Source of the DNA: Octopus bimaculoides
Taxonomy: Eukaryota
Reading direction: 5' to 3'
Assembly (NCBI RefSeq): GCF_001194135.2
Contig: NC_068981.1
Location: forward strand, 98,000,931 to 98,064,930
DNA: 64,000 nucleotides
Shown in pieces: positions 50,817 through 63,441 of this stretch. Under the pieces are notes generated by a model that worked only from the letters and a program-made list of their open reading frames with translations, made no database searches and was not told where the DNA came from. Position numbers and translations under genes: made by a program. Every line of letters begins with the position of its first letter. The stretch's first letter is position 1.

Positions 50817-52719
50817 GTGCTCATTATTTGGCTTTTTAAAATGTTTTTTCCTCTAATTTATAATTGTGTTATTTTACTGGATCCATTTGTATTTTGTGAC
50901 GCTGTTTTTAAAAGCAACTCTGATTTGCTTTTTCTTGTCGCTTTTTTTCTTGTATTTGAATTTTATTTTCTCATTATTAATGAAACGTATTTAGAGCACA
51001 AATAAAACCTTTAAATATATTTAGCATGCAAATAAAAACTTTAAAAACAAAAATGTCTAGTGATGTAATTTATTGCACTGATAAAAAGTATGACGATGAA
51101 TTTACTGACAATGTTTTTGGCATGCAATATAATTAGCTTGCAATGAAATCACAGGTGATATATTTACCGCAATGTAATTATCCACAATGAATTTACTAGA
51201 TGTTCAGTTACATAACATCAACCGAAACATTACTACTGTTACATGACCAATATGAGTCATAGTTTAAGGCAATTTCTCTGTACAAGTTTAAACTTGTTCT
51301 CCTTTTTGAAATGTTAAAACAATGCTGAGAGCTATTGAAATTGTTTGGATCAACACAGACAGTTATCAATGCAAATCTACACTAACAATTGAGAGTAGCT
51401 TATTTCAATACAAGACTAAAAGCAGAAAATATTATTAGCTATTAAACCTCATTATAACATCAATTTTTTAATTTTTTTATCCTCACTGAATGTCTTTCCG
51501 TCTTCTTAAATTATCTTTAACTTAATCTTTGAAATATCACCAACACTGATGATGATGGTGGTGGTGGCAGTGGTGGTAGTGATGATGGAGGTGGTGGTGA
51601 TGATGGAGGTGGTGGTCGTGGTGAAGATGGTGGTGATGATGATGATAGTTGATATGTAGAACAGCTGTGTTGAAGTTTGCCTGCCACTTCCTGAATCAAT
51701 GTTGATACATTCAGGAACAGCCAAGTAGAAAGGCAGATGCACATGGCCCATACCTGTGCTTAATACACACCCAGGCCTCTGAAATCTGGTTTGACTGTTG
51801 CTCCCTCTCAACAACAACACCACTACCACCTCAATTATTCCTCACATTATCAAGAGGGTGCCAGTACAACAAATTTCTCTTTCTTTGATGCTTTCATTCA
51901 TCAGTTGCTTTGTATTCCAAAGAATACTGTGAATCACTGTTCAGGCTATCCCCCCATCCAGGGGATGATACCTGTCTGATAAGCCAACTGACCCCACAAA
52001 TTCTGCTTTACAAAAATGTTTCATAAGTGACAATGACAGCAACACCATCAACACCACCATCTATAATATTATTATTTGTCATGATGTGTATGAGTGTTAC
52101 AATTTAAACAACATTAGCAATGGAACAAGTTGAAGACAATCAAAAATCGTCAGCATAATAAAACAATATTTTTTATGATTTATAAATTTATGCATCAAAG
52201 CAAGTACATTTATAAAACATAGAATTCCCATAGGTTACTCATCATTATTATTATGGTTTACTTTTTATCATCTTTGGAAATGACAAGTGAATAAATGTAG
52301 TATCATATTTGCCAGCATATAAGATACACTCCTGCATAAGATACATCTCTACTATACAAGTATATTTTGTATCATATACTCAGTATCTTCCATCATATAC
52401 TCGGTATCCCATCAATGATACAATCACATTAGACATATGGCATTCTTTTTTTTTTTGTTACATTTAAGAATATAAGAAGCACATCTTATACACCGGCATA
52501 TGCAGTGTATGTCCCTTCACTTCTAAAACATGGGTATGTAACCCGTTACAGGTATTATGTTCCCTACCTGATTGATTAAAAAAAAAAATCCAAATTTTCA
52601 TTGAAGTTAGGCCTGTACTTGTTAGAAATCATAAAAGCTAAATGTGAGCAATGATGTGCTGTGGCAAGTGTTCAAATTTTTGACATTGTTGCTATTAGAA
52701 ACAGCCACTGTACATGCTG

Positions 52720-53135
52720 GTCTCTACCACACCACACATCTGATATCTATTGATCACTACACACACACACACACTACTTGATCCTTACATACACTTGATA
52801 TCTACATGAACATTACACAGACCTAATATCAATTTGATCACTATGATATCTACTTCATCACAAGACTCACTTGTATCTACTTGATCATCATGCACACATG
52901 ATATCTACTTGATCACAATGCACACCTGATATCTACTTGAATACTAACATACATTCGATATCTATTTGACACCACACACACCTGGTATCCACTAGATTAT
53001 AACATGCACTTTGTCACTGTTGGTTAATTATACATGCATGTAGTCTCTAATAAATCATACTTGCTCTTTACTGGATACTATACAAACTAGTCCTTCTTGG
53101 ATCACTGCATGCAAACACCTGGCCTTTACAGGATC

Positions 53136-53169
<34 letters not shown>

Positions 53170-53350
53170 ATCTCTAGTGGATAACTATTCACACACACCT
53201 CATGTGGATAACTTTTTATACACCAGGTCTCTATAGGCTCAATGTACACACATCTAGTAGCTGTTGGATCATTATACACACATAATCTTAATCAGATCAT
53301 AGCATCAACCATTCTCTATTGCATCATTATATACACTTAGTCTTTGTTGA
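52720..53350. repeat. Degenerate ~28-bp minisatellite
   Basis: Units like tgatatctacttgatcacaatgcacacc. Confidence 0.65.
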
Positions 53351-53981
53351 ATTACTACACACTTGAAATAAATTGCAAGCCAACATACAATTTATGGTTT
53401 TAACTAAAGTCAGATAATCTATTAATCTAATTAAGTTTAACAACATTTACAAACTGAACTGGAAAAACACAAAATTAAAGAACAGTCTGGTACACATTGC
53501 TCATGCTAAGACTGACTATAGGGTAACCCCCATCAGTTCTAGTTGCTCTTGTAAGGGCTATTAATATACATTTGAGAGATGAAAGTGAAAGAATACATTT
53601 AACTAAGTCACAAACTACACTAATTTGTTCAGTGTCACCATGGAAACACACATACAAATACACAAACACATATGCATGCACACGCATATACACATACATG
53701 TATGCAAACATGAACCTATGTAGACCCATGCAAACACACACAAACAACAAACAGAAGGAAATAGGTACACACATACACATTTACATACACACGTATGTGT
53801 TTGCTTGTATATATGCATGTGTGAGTATCTGTGAGCTTGCATATGTATGCCTTTTCTTGGGAGTATCTATATGTGTGAGAGTGAGTATGTGTATCTATGT
53901 ATTGAAATATGAGTGCATGTGTATTTGCATGTACAATAAATACATTCACTGAAAGCAAAATAAACAGCAAAATACACCTAC

Positions 53982-54064
53982 TTCCATCATTTTCTCCAGA
54001 AAAACCATTGTAATTTGTTTTATCCTTCTCTTTTTCTCGATTTTCCTGCTCCAGATTCAATGAC
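53982..54064 (-). CDS. SPPL3: SPPL3 internal coding exon (equivalent to human exon starting RSLN), 83 nt
   Basis: Translates (R)SLNLEQENREKEKDKTNYNGFSGENDG(N), matching my recollection of SPPL3 RSLNMDFENQDKEKD. Acceptor tttctcattttcag|G, donor GGAA|gtaggt. Ends in phase 1, and A+AT with the next exon gives Asn. Confidence 0.9.
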
Positions 54065-54448
54065 CTGAAAATGAGAAAGTAGAACAACAACGTGAAAAAA
54101 ACCAATATGATAAATTAACCCTTTATCGTCCAGATTACTGTCAAATGTAATGCATATTAATTCATGTTTCAAATTAATCATGCATTATATCATAGCTTTG
54201 CGATTTCAATGATGTGATTGTTTATATTCAGACTGAGTGGTGAGAAAGGCTAGATTTGGCAAGTTTGAACATAAAACAGGTAGAATATTTGAACAAGATA
54301 TGACCAGTTTAACTCTTTAGCATTTAAGCAGGCCTTATCTGGCCCAAATTCTCTATCTGCTTTATGTTCAAATTTATCAGATCCAACCTCTCACACTTAC
54401 CTTACAATGTCATTCTAAAATAAACAATGCATGATCCAGATCTTCAAT

Positions 54449-54571
54449 AAACAGTTGGAAGACTTGGACTACGCAGACGACATCAGTCTTCTCTCCCACA
54501 AGCAGCAACCTGTACAGGATAAGTTATGTCGTGTTGCAGAAGAAGCGGAGAGAACTAGCCTCCAGATCAAA
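54449..54571 (+). pseudogene. Isolated RTE-type reverse-transcriptase fragment with intact YADD
   Basis: KQLEDLDYADDISLLSHKQQPVQDKLCRVAEEAERTSLQIK. Confidence 0.8.
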
Positions 54572-56210
54572 GGCTGCTGACATGAGCAGATACAGTTTGG
54601 CACACCAGTGGCGTCACAGGTGTTGCTACCAGAATGCAAAGAGCTGGAATAAGTTGCCCTACCCTCTAACAGTTCTACAAATCCACTACCTCCTATTTGG
54701 TACTTCATATCAACTCTGAAAGGACAAAAGGCAAGGTTGACCTTGGTGGGATTTGAACTCAGATTGCAAAGAGTCAGAACAAAATACTATCCAATGTTTT
54801 GGTGATTCTGCCAATTTGCTGTTGTAACTTTGTGTGCTACTGTTCACACAGAATAATGTCATTTGCATCTTAGACAAAGATAAATAAGATCAAATGACTG
54901 ATAGTCATTAGCACATTGAGAGAAAGAATTTTATGAATGTCACTCCTAACTGGGTCACTAAATAGATGGAATATTTAATAAACAGATATACTTTGGTATT
55001 GGGGAGGATGAGAAACTATCCCAATCTGAAATACTTTATATTTATTTCAAGACTTAGACATTCTTATGTTTCTTATGAGAAAATTAATTGAAAATAAAAA
55101 AGTGGTAACTTGAAACTCTTTCTCAATGTAGTGCTCAATAATGGACACAGCCAATTAGCTGCAACCAGTAAAAAAGAATTCCATTATTCAAGTGCTTAAG
55201 GCAGCAAGCTGGCAGCATCATTGGCATGCCCCAAAAATGCCTTGCAGTACTTCTTCCAACCAATTATATTCTGAATTCAAATTCAACTGAAGTCAACTTT
55301 GCCTTTCATCCTTTCAGGGTCAATAAAATAAAGTACCAGACAAGTACTGAGGTTGATATAATTAACTAAACCCTCACTACAGAACTGCTGGCCTGGTACC
55401 AAAATTTGAAACCATTATTCAAATACTTATTGAGTAATTCATTTCTTTTATCAAGCATGTATGTTTTGTTGACATATTAGTTAATTGCAGGCAATTATTA
55501 AATTGTTATAATAATCTTTTATTTCATAAATTGTACAAAATCTCATTACTTTAAAAACAATTGAAGATATCAGCTTTGAATATCATTCAAAGCTGATATA
55601 ATAATAATCGGATATAACAGTCAGATGCCTTTCTTGTCACCAATCCTCACCCATTTCCAAACAAGGTAACATACATGTTTTTTTGCAGAAGATTAGAAGC
55701 AAACAGTATCACTTAAATCATAGTGATGCTCATTTATAGCCATCATGTAAATGTCAAAACAAGTGTACACACAAACACACATATATAACAGGCTTCTTTC
55801 AGTTTGCATGTCATAAATCCATTCACAAAACTTTGGTCAGCCCAAGGCTATAGTAAAAGACTTGACCAAGGGACATGCATTAAGACTGAACTCAAAACCA
55901 CACAGTTGGGAAGCCGGTTTCTTAATCACACAGCCACACCTATACACAATTTATCACTCTACCACTCTTTCTTCTCTTTCTCTGAATATCTACTTTCTGT
56001 GTAAGCTAGCTAACTTGCATCAATAATCAGGAGACCAGCCTAGAGTTGACAAGATTGAGAAAGCCACTGGGAAGACAACCTATGTAGGAACCCTGGTCAC
56101 TATGAATTACAAATGACAAATATAAGGAGCTCAACGTACCTAAAATAGCAGTCAAATCTACCTCAAACTACATCTTACTGCATATTGGAAAAGGTAGTCA
56201 TAGATACACC

Positions 56211-56740
56211 TTGCTTGCTTTCTTGCTTCATGCTCTTGCTTGATGGGACTGGGGTCAGCCCAGGTTAGTTGTCTCTGAGATGTCATCATATGTAAAGTCG
56301 AACAGGTCCACCAGTGCTCTCCATCATTGGCAGTCCTGTGCCAGCTCCTCTGCATCCTCCAAGGTGATGTTAAGCCTTTGGAGATCTTCCCCAATCATGT
56401 CTGGTCATCTGGTGTGGGGCCTACCATGGGGCTTCTTCCAATCCACAACTACTACACCAAATGAGAGTAAAGCCCTGGTAGGATGATCTAGTGGAAGATA
56501 GAGGACATGGCCATACCAGTGCATGCGATGGATAGCTATGAGAAGGGAGGATGTGGGCCAATGTGTGCATGCACACAGTTCTTTGTTGGACACATAATGG
56601 TACCATCTGATGCTCTTGATAGTTTTCAGATCTCTGCTATTAAAGCCGTCAATCCTCTTTGCCAGAATCTCAGAGAGGGGCTTCATTTCAGCTCTATAGA
56701 AGAGAACAGAGAGGGCCAAAAGAAAACCAAGATGGCACAT
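56211..56740 (-). mobile_element. RTE-type LINE 3' fragment with (CAAG)n tail
   Basis: LSVLFYRAEMKPL...RIDGFNSR...WYGHVL...KKPHGRPHTR...EDLQRLNITLEDAEELAQD. Confidence 0.85.
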
Positions 56741-57372
56741 CATATGTCTGCTTGCACCAGGATGACTTCAACATCATCATCATAACAGCCACTTTTCCTT
56801 GCCTGCATGCAGTGGATGTAATTCATCAAGACATGTTTTATGATTAAATGACCTACCTGTTGCGAACCCTCTTCTGTTTTCAATTTCCTCCTAGCCAAAC
56901 ATGTTTTCACAAAAGTTTGGAAATTAAAGACAGTACTTGCATGATGGTAATGCTCATTTACAGCTATCATGGAGGGGGGGGGCACTTATCAACTTTAATT
57001 CATCAATTCTATATCACAAATGGTGAACAACAGTGTTATTGGTTACAAGTTTCCAAGGAACCAATCTTACTTTCATTCACTGCATTTCTAATAGCAACAG
57101 TGACAAGAGAGTATTTGTAATTCAGTACAGAAAATATATCATAAGCTATTTCATTCAAAGAGCACTAACTTTTCAGTTTTCTTCATGTTATTGTTTCCAT
57201 CCTTTGGTGCCTAAAATCAGTGAAAATGAAACACACACACACACATGCGCACACATGATGTGCTTCATACCGTTTCTGGCTACCTAAAATTCAACTGAAA
57301 TCATTGATCACTTTAAGACACATTCACAAAGTACAATCCCTTGAAAGCAGTTAACCAGTAAGACACTAAGGA

Positions 57373-57411
<39 letters not shown>

Positions 57412-57849
57412 CCCTTGATTACCAAACTACTAAAGCTCTATGAAGAAGGAAAAATAAAAAAGAAAAGCATGTTTCATGAATTTCTTCCACATTGTAATTA
57501 CTTTCAATCTATAAGAAATCATATCATGCTGGCAAATTCTAAAAAAGAATGAAATAGGGCAATACATGATTACTACTGACATAAAATTTTAAGAACTTTA
57601 TAATAGATAAAAAAAAAAAAAAAAATTAAATAGATGAATTCTGTGCACCTTTTACCTTATAATTCCTTAATTTCAAATTAAGGATTCTAATCCCACCAAA
57701 TATTATGAAGAAATGATTATCTCCCTTGTAATAACTGTCCACTAAAGGAAGACAAATATTTAAAATTTGATTATATATAATAATCAAATTTTATATATAA
57801 TAATCTTTCACAAGAGTCGTTGCAGAAAGTTTCCCAGAGAGAGGGGCAT

Positions 57850-57909
<60 letters not shown>

Positions 57910-58990
57910 GGACAGAAATAGGGTGAGATAGAAATAAAGAAACAAATGGAGAGTCTGGAGGAGAATGATGGAAATGGAAAACGAAACAGCATGAATGAAA
58001 AAAGAACATGGAGAGAAAATGAGACATATGCATGCTGGCAAATAAGTGTGTACATGCCTCTGTGTGTATTTGTTTATAGTCATGTGTGTATGCCCATATA
58101 CAGAGACACACACACACAGAAACTAATATAACAAAAAAAAATCTCTAAAATATGAAGCAGTATTACTACAAACTGTGGGGTGGGGGGAGTAGGTTACTGC
58201 TCTCTTTACACACACATGCATATACAGACACATATATATATACACATGCACTCTATATATATATATTCTGTGTGTGTGTGTGTGTGTATGTTAATAAACA
58301 CACACACACAAGTATATTTATGGATACACCTCTCTGTGTGTGTATGTGTGTGTGTGCGTGTGTGTGTGTGTGTGTTCACTGAGCAAATGACACACACAAG
58401 TTCATGTAAAGGCAATGAAATAGGAGGGTAAGAGTAACTGAAAGGATAGAAATATATATATGTATCTATGTATGTATGTATGTACATATGGCAGATTGGT
58501 GGCAACAGGCAGAGGAGAAAAATAAAAATGGTAAAGATTCCTCTTCTCTCCCCACCCCACCAGTGTAGAAAGTAAATTTTTTTGTTTGTTTCCCTTGACT
58601 CCAATGCTATGTTGAGGGAAGAATGGGGAAAAAAAAGAATATACCCCCCACCCTCCCTTTTTGCACTTCCCTACACTGGTTCCTCTCTGATTAAGTTTGC
58701 AGAAGGTGATAAAACATGATAATGGCTGTGCTCTTTATAAAAAGTAGACAGCAGAGTTAGATAGTTATAACTGGTGCATCAGCTTGTAGACTGTTAATCT
58801 CTATCAATGCCAAACTGTGCACTCTAGTGGGTACTTAAATTCTATAATCGTCATCATTAGTTTAGCATTTATTTTCAATACATAAGATACAGTGAAGTGG
58901 GATAGCAATGACCAGGCCATAGACACATGAAGACTTCCTCAATTATATATATAATAAGAATAATATTAATAATAATAATAAATAATGATA

Positions 58991-59535
58991 ATTTCAAATT
59001 TTGGTACAAAGCCAGCAATTCCTCAGTGTTTGACTGGTACATATTTTATTGACCCTGAAAGGCATGTAAAGCAAAATTGACCATGGCAGAATTTGAACCT
59101 AGAATGTAAAAATGGAAGAAATGCGCTAAGCATTTTGCTTGGCATGATAAAGATTCTACCAGCTCATTGCCTTAATAATAATAATAATAATAATGATGAT
59201 GATTTTAAATTTTTGCACAAGGCCAGCAATTTCAGGGGAAGGTTAAATTAATCACATCAATCCCAGTGCTCAACTGGTACTTATTTTATTAACCTCAAAA
59301 GTATGAAAGGCCAAGTTGACCATGACAGAATTTGAACTCAGAACATAGAGACAGATGAAATGCCCCTAATCATTTTGCCGGGTGTGCAAACAACTCTGCC
59401 AGCTTGCTACCTTAATAATAATGGTTTCAAAATTTAGCACAAGGCCAGCAATTTTAAGAGGAGGGATTAGTGAATACCATTGAACCCAGTACTTGACTAA
59501 TACTTTTATTTACTAACCCTGAATGAATGAAAGAT
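58991..59535 (-). mobile_element. Three tandem Deu/Nin-like SINE copies separated by (AAT)n
   Basis: Units about 58991-59172, 59200-59412 and 59425-59535 (partial). Confidence 0.8.
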
Positions 59536-59995
59536 GGAGTTGAAAATGAATGAAAAGGGTGAAAGGAAATACTAAAGCATATATTCCAACACACTGAAGA
59601 AGGAGAAGGAGGAAGAGGAGGAAGAGGAGGAGGAGGAGAAGAAGAAGAAACCACCACCTGTTGGTAACTTTTCTCTCCCACTCATTAAGTAAGAGGGTAT
59701 TACCATTTTTTCTGGACTCTTTTTCACAGCTATATTCTGTTTGAAAGTTGTATTAGTTTTTGTTTGAAAAAAAAAAAGGTAGTTTGTAGAGAGAATGTTA
59801 AATGAGCCTGAAAAAAAAAAAAAACATGGTCTCCCCCCACCACTAAAAGACATGAAGAACTATGAAGGAAAGCGAATAAGTACCAGGGTTGGGAGAAAGA
59901 AGAGAGAACTAACAGTCAATCGTTCTATAACTCCCAGAAAAAAATGTAAACATCTAAAAGACTTTCCTTCTATTCATTCATTACTAAACGCCATT

Positions 59996-60249
59996 GAGCT
60001 AATGCAGTTTCACATCTCTCCTTGAAAAATGCATTTTCTTCAAAAAAGTTTTTGGGATTCCTACGTTTTAGATGTCGGAGATTATGAGTAGGCAAAAACA
60101 AAATCAAAAATTTTAATTTAGGGGTGAAATTAAAAAGATCTTTTTTTTGCATATTTGTAATCTCTGACATCTGAAACATAGGAATCCGAAAAAAAAATTT
60201 TTTTTTTAAATGCATTTTTCAAGGAGAGGTGCGAATCTGCATCAGCCCC
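59996..60249. mobile_element. Foldback MITE, arms about 100 bp
   Basis: gagctaatgcagtttcacatctctccttgaaaaatgcattt...ggattcctacgttttagatgtcggagatta mirrored at 60140-60249. Confidence 0.8.
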
Positions 60250-61233
60250 AATCTCTTTCCCTCTTCTTCATTGTTAAAAGTATAAAGAAGCTAGAAAAGA
60301 TCGATCATATTTCAGTCTAATTGTCACTGTAAATGACTGAGGATTTCTTTTTCTGTCTCTCTTGCTTCACTCCTTTTCTCTATGTTTAAGAGAGTGAAGG
60401 TGTGTGGCTCAGTGGTTAGGGGCATTCGACCCACAATCGTAAAGTCACAAATACGATTCCCTGTAATAATTGGAGTATTGAATATGACAAAAAAATGTAT
60501 AAAGAAAAACATAGAAGCCATACCTGGATCCACAACATTACACACTATCCAAAAACTAACCCTACGAGGAAAAGCCTACATCCTACACAAGACACTATCA
60601 ATTCAACAGTACAACCCAAATAAAATAATCTACCCATACAAGACACACTCTTTACAATAAGCAGCTAATAAAATAAACAACCTCCACAACATGCACTCTA
60701 TAGGATGGATACCCAACAGAAGAACACAACTAGCATTACTCATACAACACACAATACAAAAACAAGTACAATAAAAGACTCAAACCAAAACCCATAACAA
60801 AAACAAAAACACACAAAGTTGTACACCTCAGGAATGCAGAAGTACACCAAGTAGGATGCAGTAGAAATTTACCCGAAACTATTGAACAGCAACAACAACA
60901 ACAATGTAATTCTTTCTAATTTTGGCACAACACAGCAATTTTTGAGAGGACAGTCAAGCTGATTACATCAACCCCAGTGTTTGGCTGGTGTTTTATTACA
61001 TTGACCCCAAAAGGACGAAAGGCAAAATTTGCATGGGTGGAATTTGAACTCAGAACATAAAAAGTCGGAGGGAAAAAATGATAATAAAACAGAAGTAAAC
61101 CTATATGAGATAGTCTTTATGTGATTGCTCAACTTATTAGAAATAGCCACTTGATTTCCTTCAAATCACACATCTTGTCTTAGTAAAATAAAGGAAGGAC
61201 GCATTAAATAGTGTAGTCTTCCATGCAATATGT

Positions 61234-61618
61234 GGAGGCGCAATGGCCCAGTGGTTAGGGCAGCAGACTCGCGGTCATAGGATCATGGTTTCGATTCCTA
61301 GACCGGGCATTGTGAGTATTTATTGAGCGAAAACACCTAAAGCTTCATGAGGCTCCGGCAGGGGATGGTGGCGAACCCTGCTGTACTCTTTCACCACAAC
61401 TTTCTCTCACTCATACTTCCTGTTTCTGTTATACCTGTAATTCAAAGGGTCAGCCTTGTCACACTGTGTCATGCTGAATATCCCCGAGAACTATGTTAAG
61501 GGTACACGTGTCTGTGGAGTGCTCAGCCACTTGCACGTTAATTTCACAAGCAGGCTGTTCCGTTGATGGGATCAACTGGAACCCTCGACGTCGTAATCGA
61601 CGGAGTGCTAACTAACAA
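61234..61618 (+). mobile_element. Full-length tRNA-derived SINE (probably tRNA-Arg-like head, OR-type) with (CAA)n tail
   Basis: A box TGGCCCAGTGG, B box GTTTCGATTCC. TSD ccatgcaatatgt at 61221-61233 and 61619-61631. Inserted in an older repeat. Confidence 0.9.
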
Positions 61619-61711
61619 CCATGCAATATGTATGATAACAAAGAGTGTGATGTTCATAAATGGAGCACTTTTGATTATTATTGATCTACTGGATCAGAGC
61701 TACCCTATGGC

Positions 61712-61743
<32 letters not shown>

Positions 61744-62604
61744 CATGGTGACTATAACAGCAAAGATAATGTCTTGATGGCTAATATGACTATCACAATG
61801 CAATTTTTTAAATTCTAAAATACTATTACTGATCAGATCATTTGCCAAAAAAGTGCGAGTGAAGGAATTTTATTATATTGCTCCAACCCATTCTCACATC
61901 CCACCCTTCTATGTTGGCAAAGGATTGACTATAATGAAGTGCTACAATATCATTGTGCTTCTTGGGGAAGCAACTTTCATTCGGAAACATTAAATAGAGG
62001 ACTGGGGTAGGGGGTGAAGGGAGAAATCTAAGAAACAGATAATGGTTTCAAATTTTGGCGCATGGTCAGTAATTTTAGTGGGTGGGACAAGTCAATTACA
62101 TTGACCCCAGTGTTCAACTCGTATTTATTTTATCAATCCTGAAAGGATGAAAAACAAGGTCAACATCAAAGAAATTTGAACTCAGAATGTAAGGAGTTGA
62201 AAGAGAAGAAATGCCATTAAGTATTTTGTCTGATATACGATTCTGCCAGGTTGCCATCTTGAGAATATTTATAATGTCAGATAAAAATGTATGCAACAAA
62301 CAGGCACTTACCTTAAAATCAGACAAATGAGAATGTATCACATGTACCACTACATGTTTCTTCTCTGCAGGCACAAAACATCAGAGATGCCTTGGTAGCA
62401 ATAACTTCTACACTAAGCTCTATTCCCATGTCTTCAGGTTTCTCTTGCAGATTCTCAAGCTAGTCTATAGAGTGTCCTTATAATGGGGCAGTGGGTGACC
62501 TTGGGGCCTGGCACCAGAGCTAAGCTGACTAGATTACTATATTTATCAGTATTCAAGACATATCATTTGTCCTGTGTCTAATGCAGCCATGATACAGATA
62601 AGAG

Positions 62605-62993
62605 TGTGGCGACACAATGGCCCAGTGGTCAGGGCAGCAGTCTCGCGGTCATAGGATCGCAGTTTCGATTCCCAGACCGGGCGTTGTGAGTGTTTATTGA
62701 GCGAAAACACCTAAAGCTCCACGAGGCTCCGGCAGGGGATGGTGGTGAACCCTGCTGTACTCTTCCACCACAACTTTCTCTCACTCTTACTTCCTGTTTC
62801 TGTTGTGCCTGTAATTCAAAGGGTCAGCCTTGTCACACTGTGTCACGCTGAATATCCCCGAGAACTACGTTAAGGGTACACGTGTCTGTGGAGTGCTCAG
62901 CCACTTGCACATTAATTTCACGAACAGGCTGTTCCGTTGATCGGATCAACTGGAACCCTCGTCATCGTAAGCGATGGAGTAACAACAACAACA
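62605..62993 (+). mobile_element. Full-length tRNA-derived SINE, same family
   Basis: A/B boxes; TSD acagataagag / acagatgagag. Confidence 0.9.
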
Positions 62994-63228
62994 ACAGATG
63001 AGAGAAGACACCACAGGCTAGGGATCTGAATGAGCATAAGTCCCTAGGCACAATAATTGCTACGAATAATATAATATTGTAACAAGCCAAATTGTCAAAG
63101 ACCTTTAACACCAACTTACGAAAAATTTCTTTTGGTACATAAGCAGTTAAGAGGGGAAGTCATATCATATTACATTGCCTTCTTCAGCATACATAACCCA
63201 TACCTGATATATGCCTTGCATTATTTAA

Positions 63229-63441
63229 CTCTTTAGCATTCAGATTACTTTGTCAATTATAATATTTATATATTTACATTTTATAAAATTAATCCTGTAT
63301 TATGTCTGAGATTTTGAGGATGTAATTGTTTATGTTTTGAATGATATTGCAGCATAGGTGTAAGAGGCTGGATCTCACCAGTTTGAACACAAAACAGGTA
63401 GAATATTTGGACCAGATATGGCCTGTTTAAATGCTGAAGGG
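63229..63441. mobile_element. TTAA-flanked MITE (piggyBac-like), complete copy
   Basis: ttaa-ctctttagcat...atgctgaaggg-ttaa. Confidence 0.8.

Larger units (their letters stand above)
5991..53981 (-). other. SPPL3: SPPL3 intron (~48 kb, GT-AG)
   Basis: Bounded by GT at 53981-53980 and AG at 5992-5991. The flanking exons join in frame and correspond to adjacent SPPL3 segments. Confidence 0.85.

Noticed and set aside
43411-60249. Excess of G-U-compatible mismatches on the transcribed strand in hairpins
   Set aside because: Seen in the 43.4 and 47.2 kb hairpins but roughly even in the 60 kb one. Numbers are too small, and any transition gives G-U on one strand.
61234-61310. Apparent tRNA genes (also at 32783, 62605, 42380-42450)
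   Set aside because: They continue into SINE bodies with tails and TSDs, and lack a complete acceptor stem.
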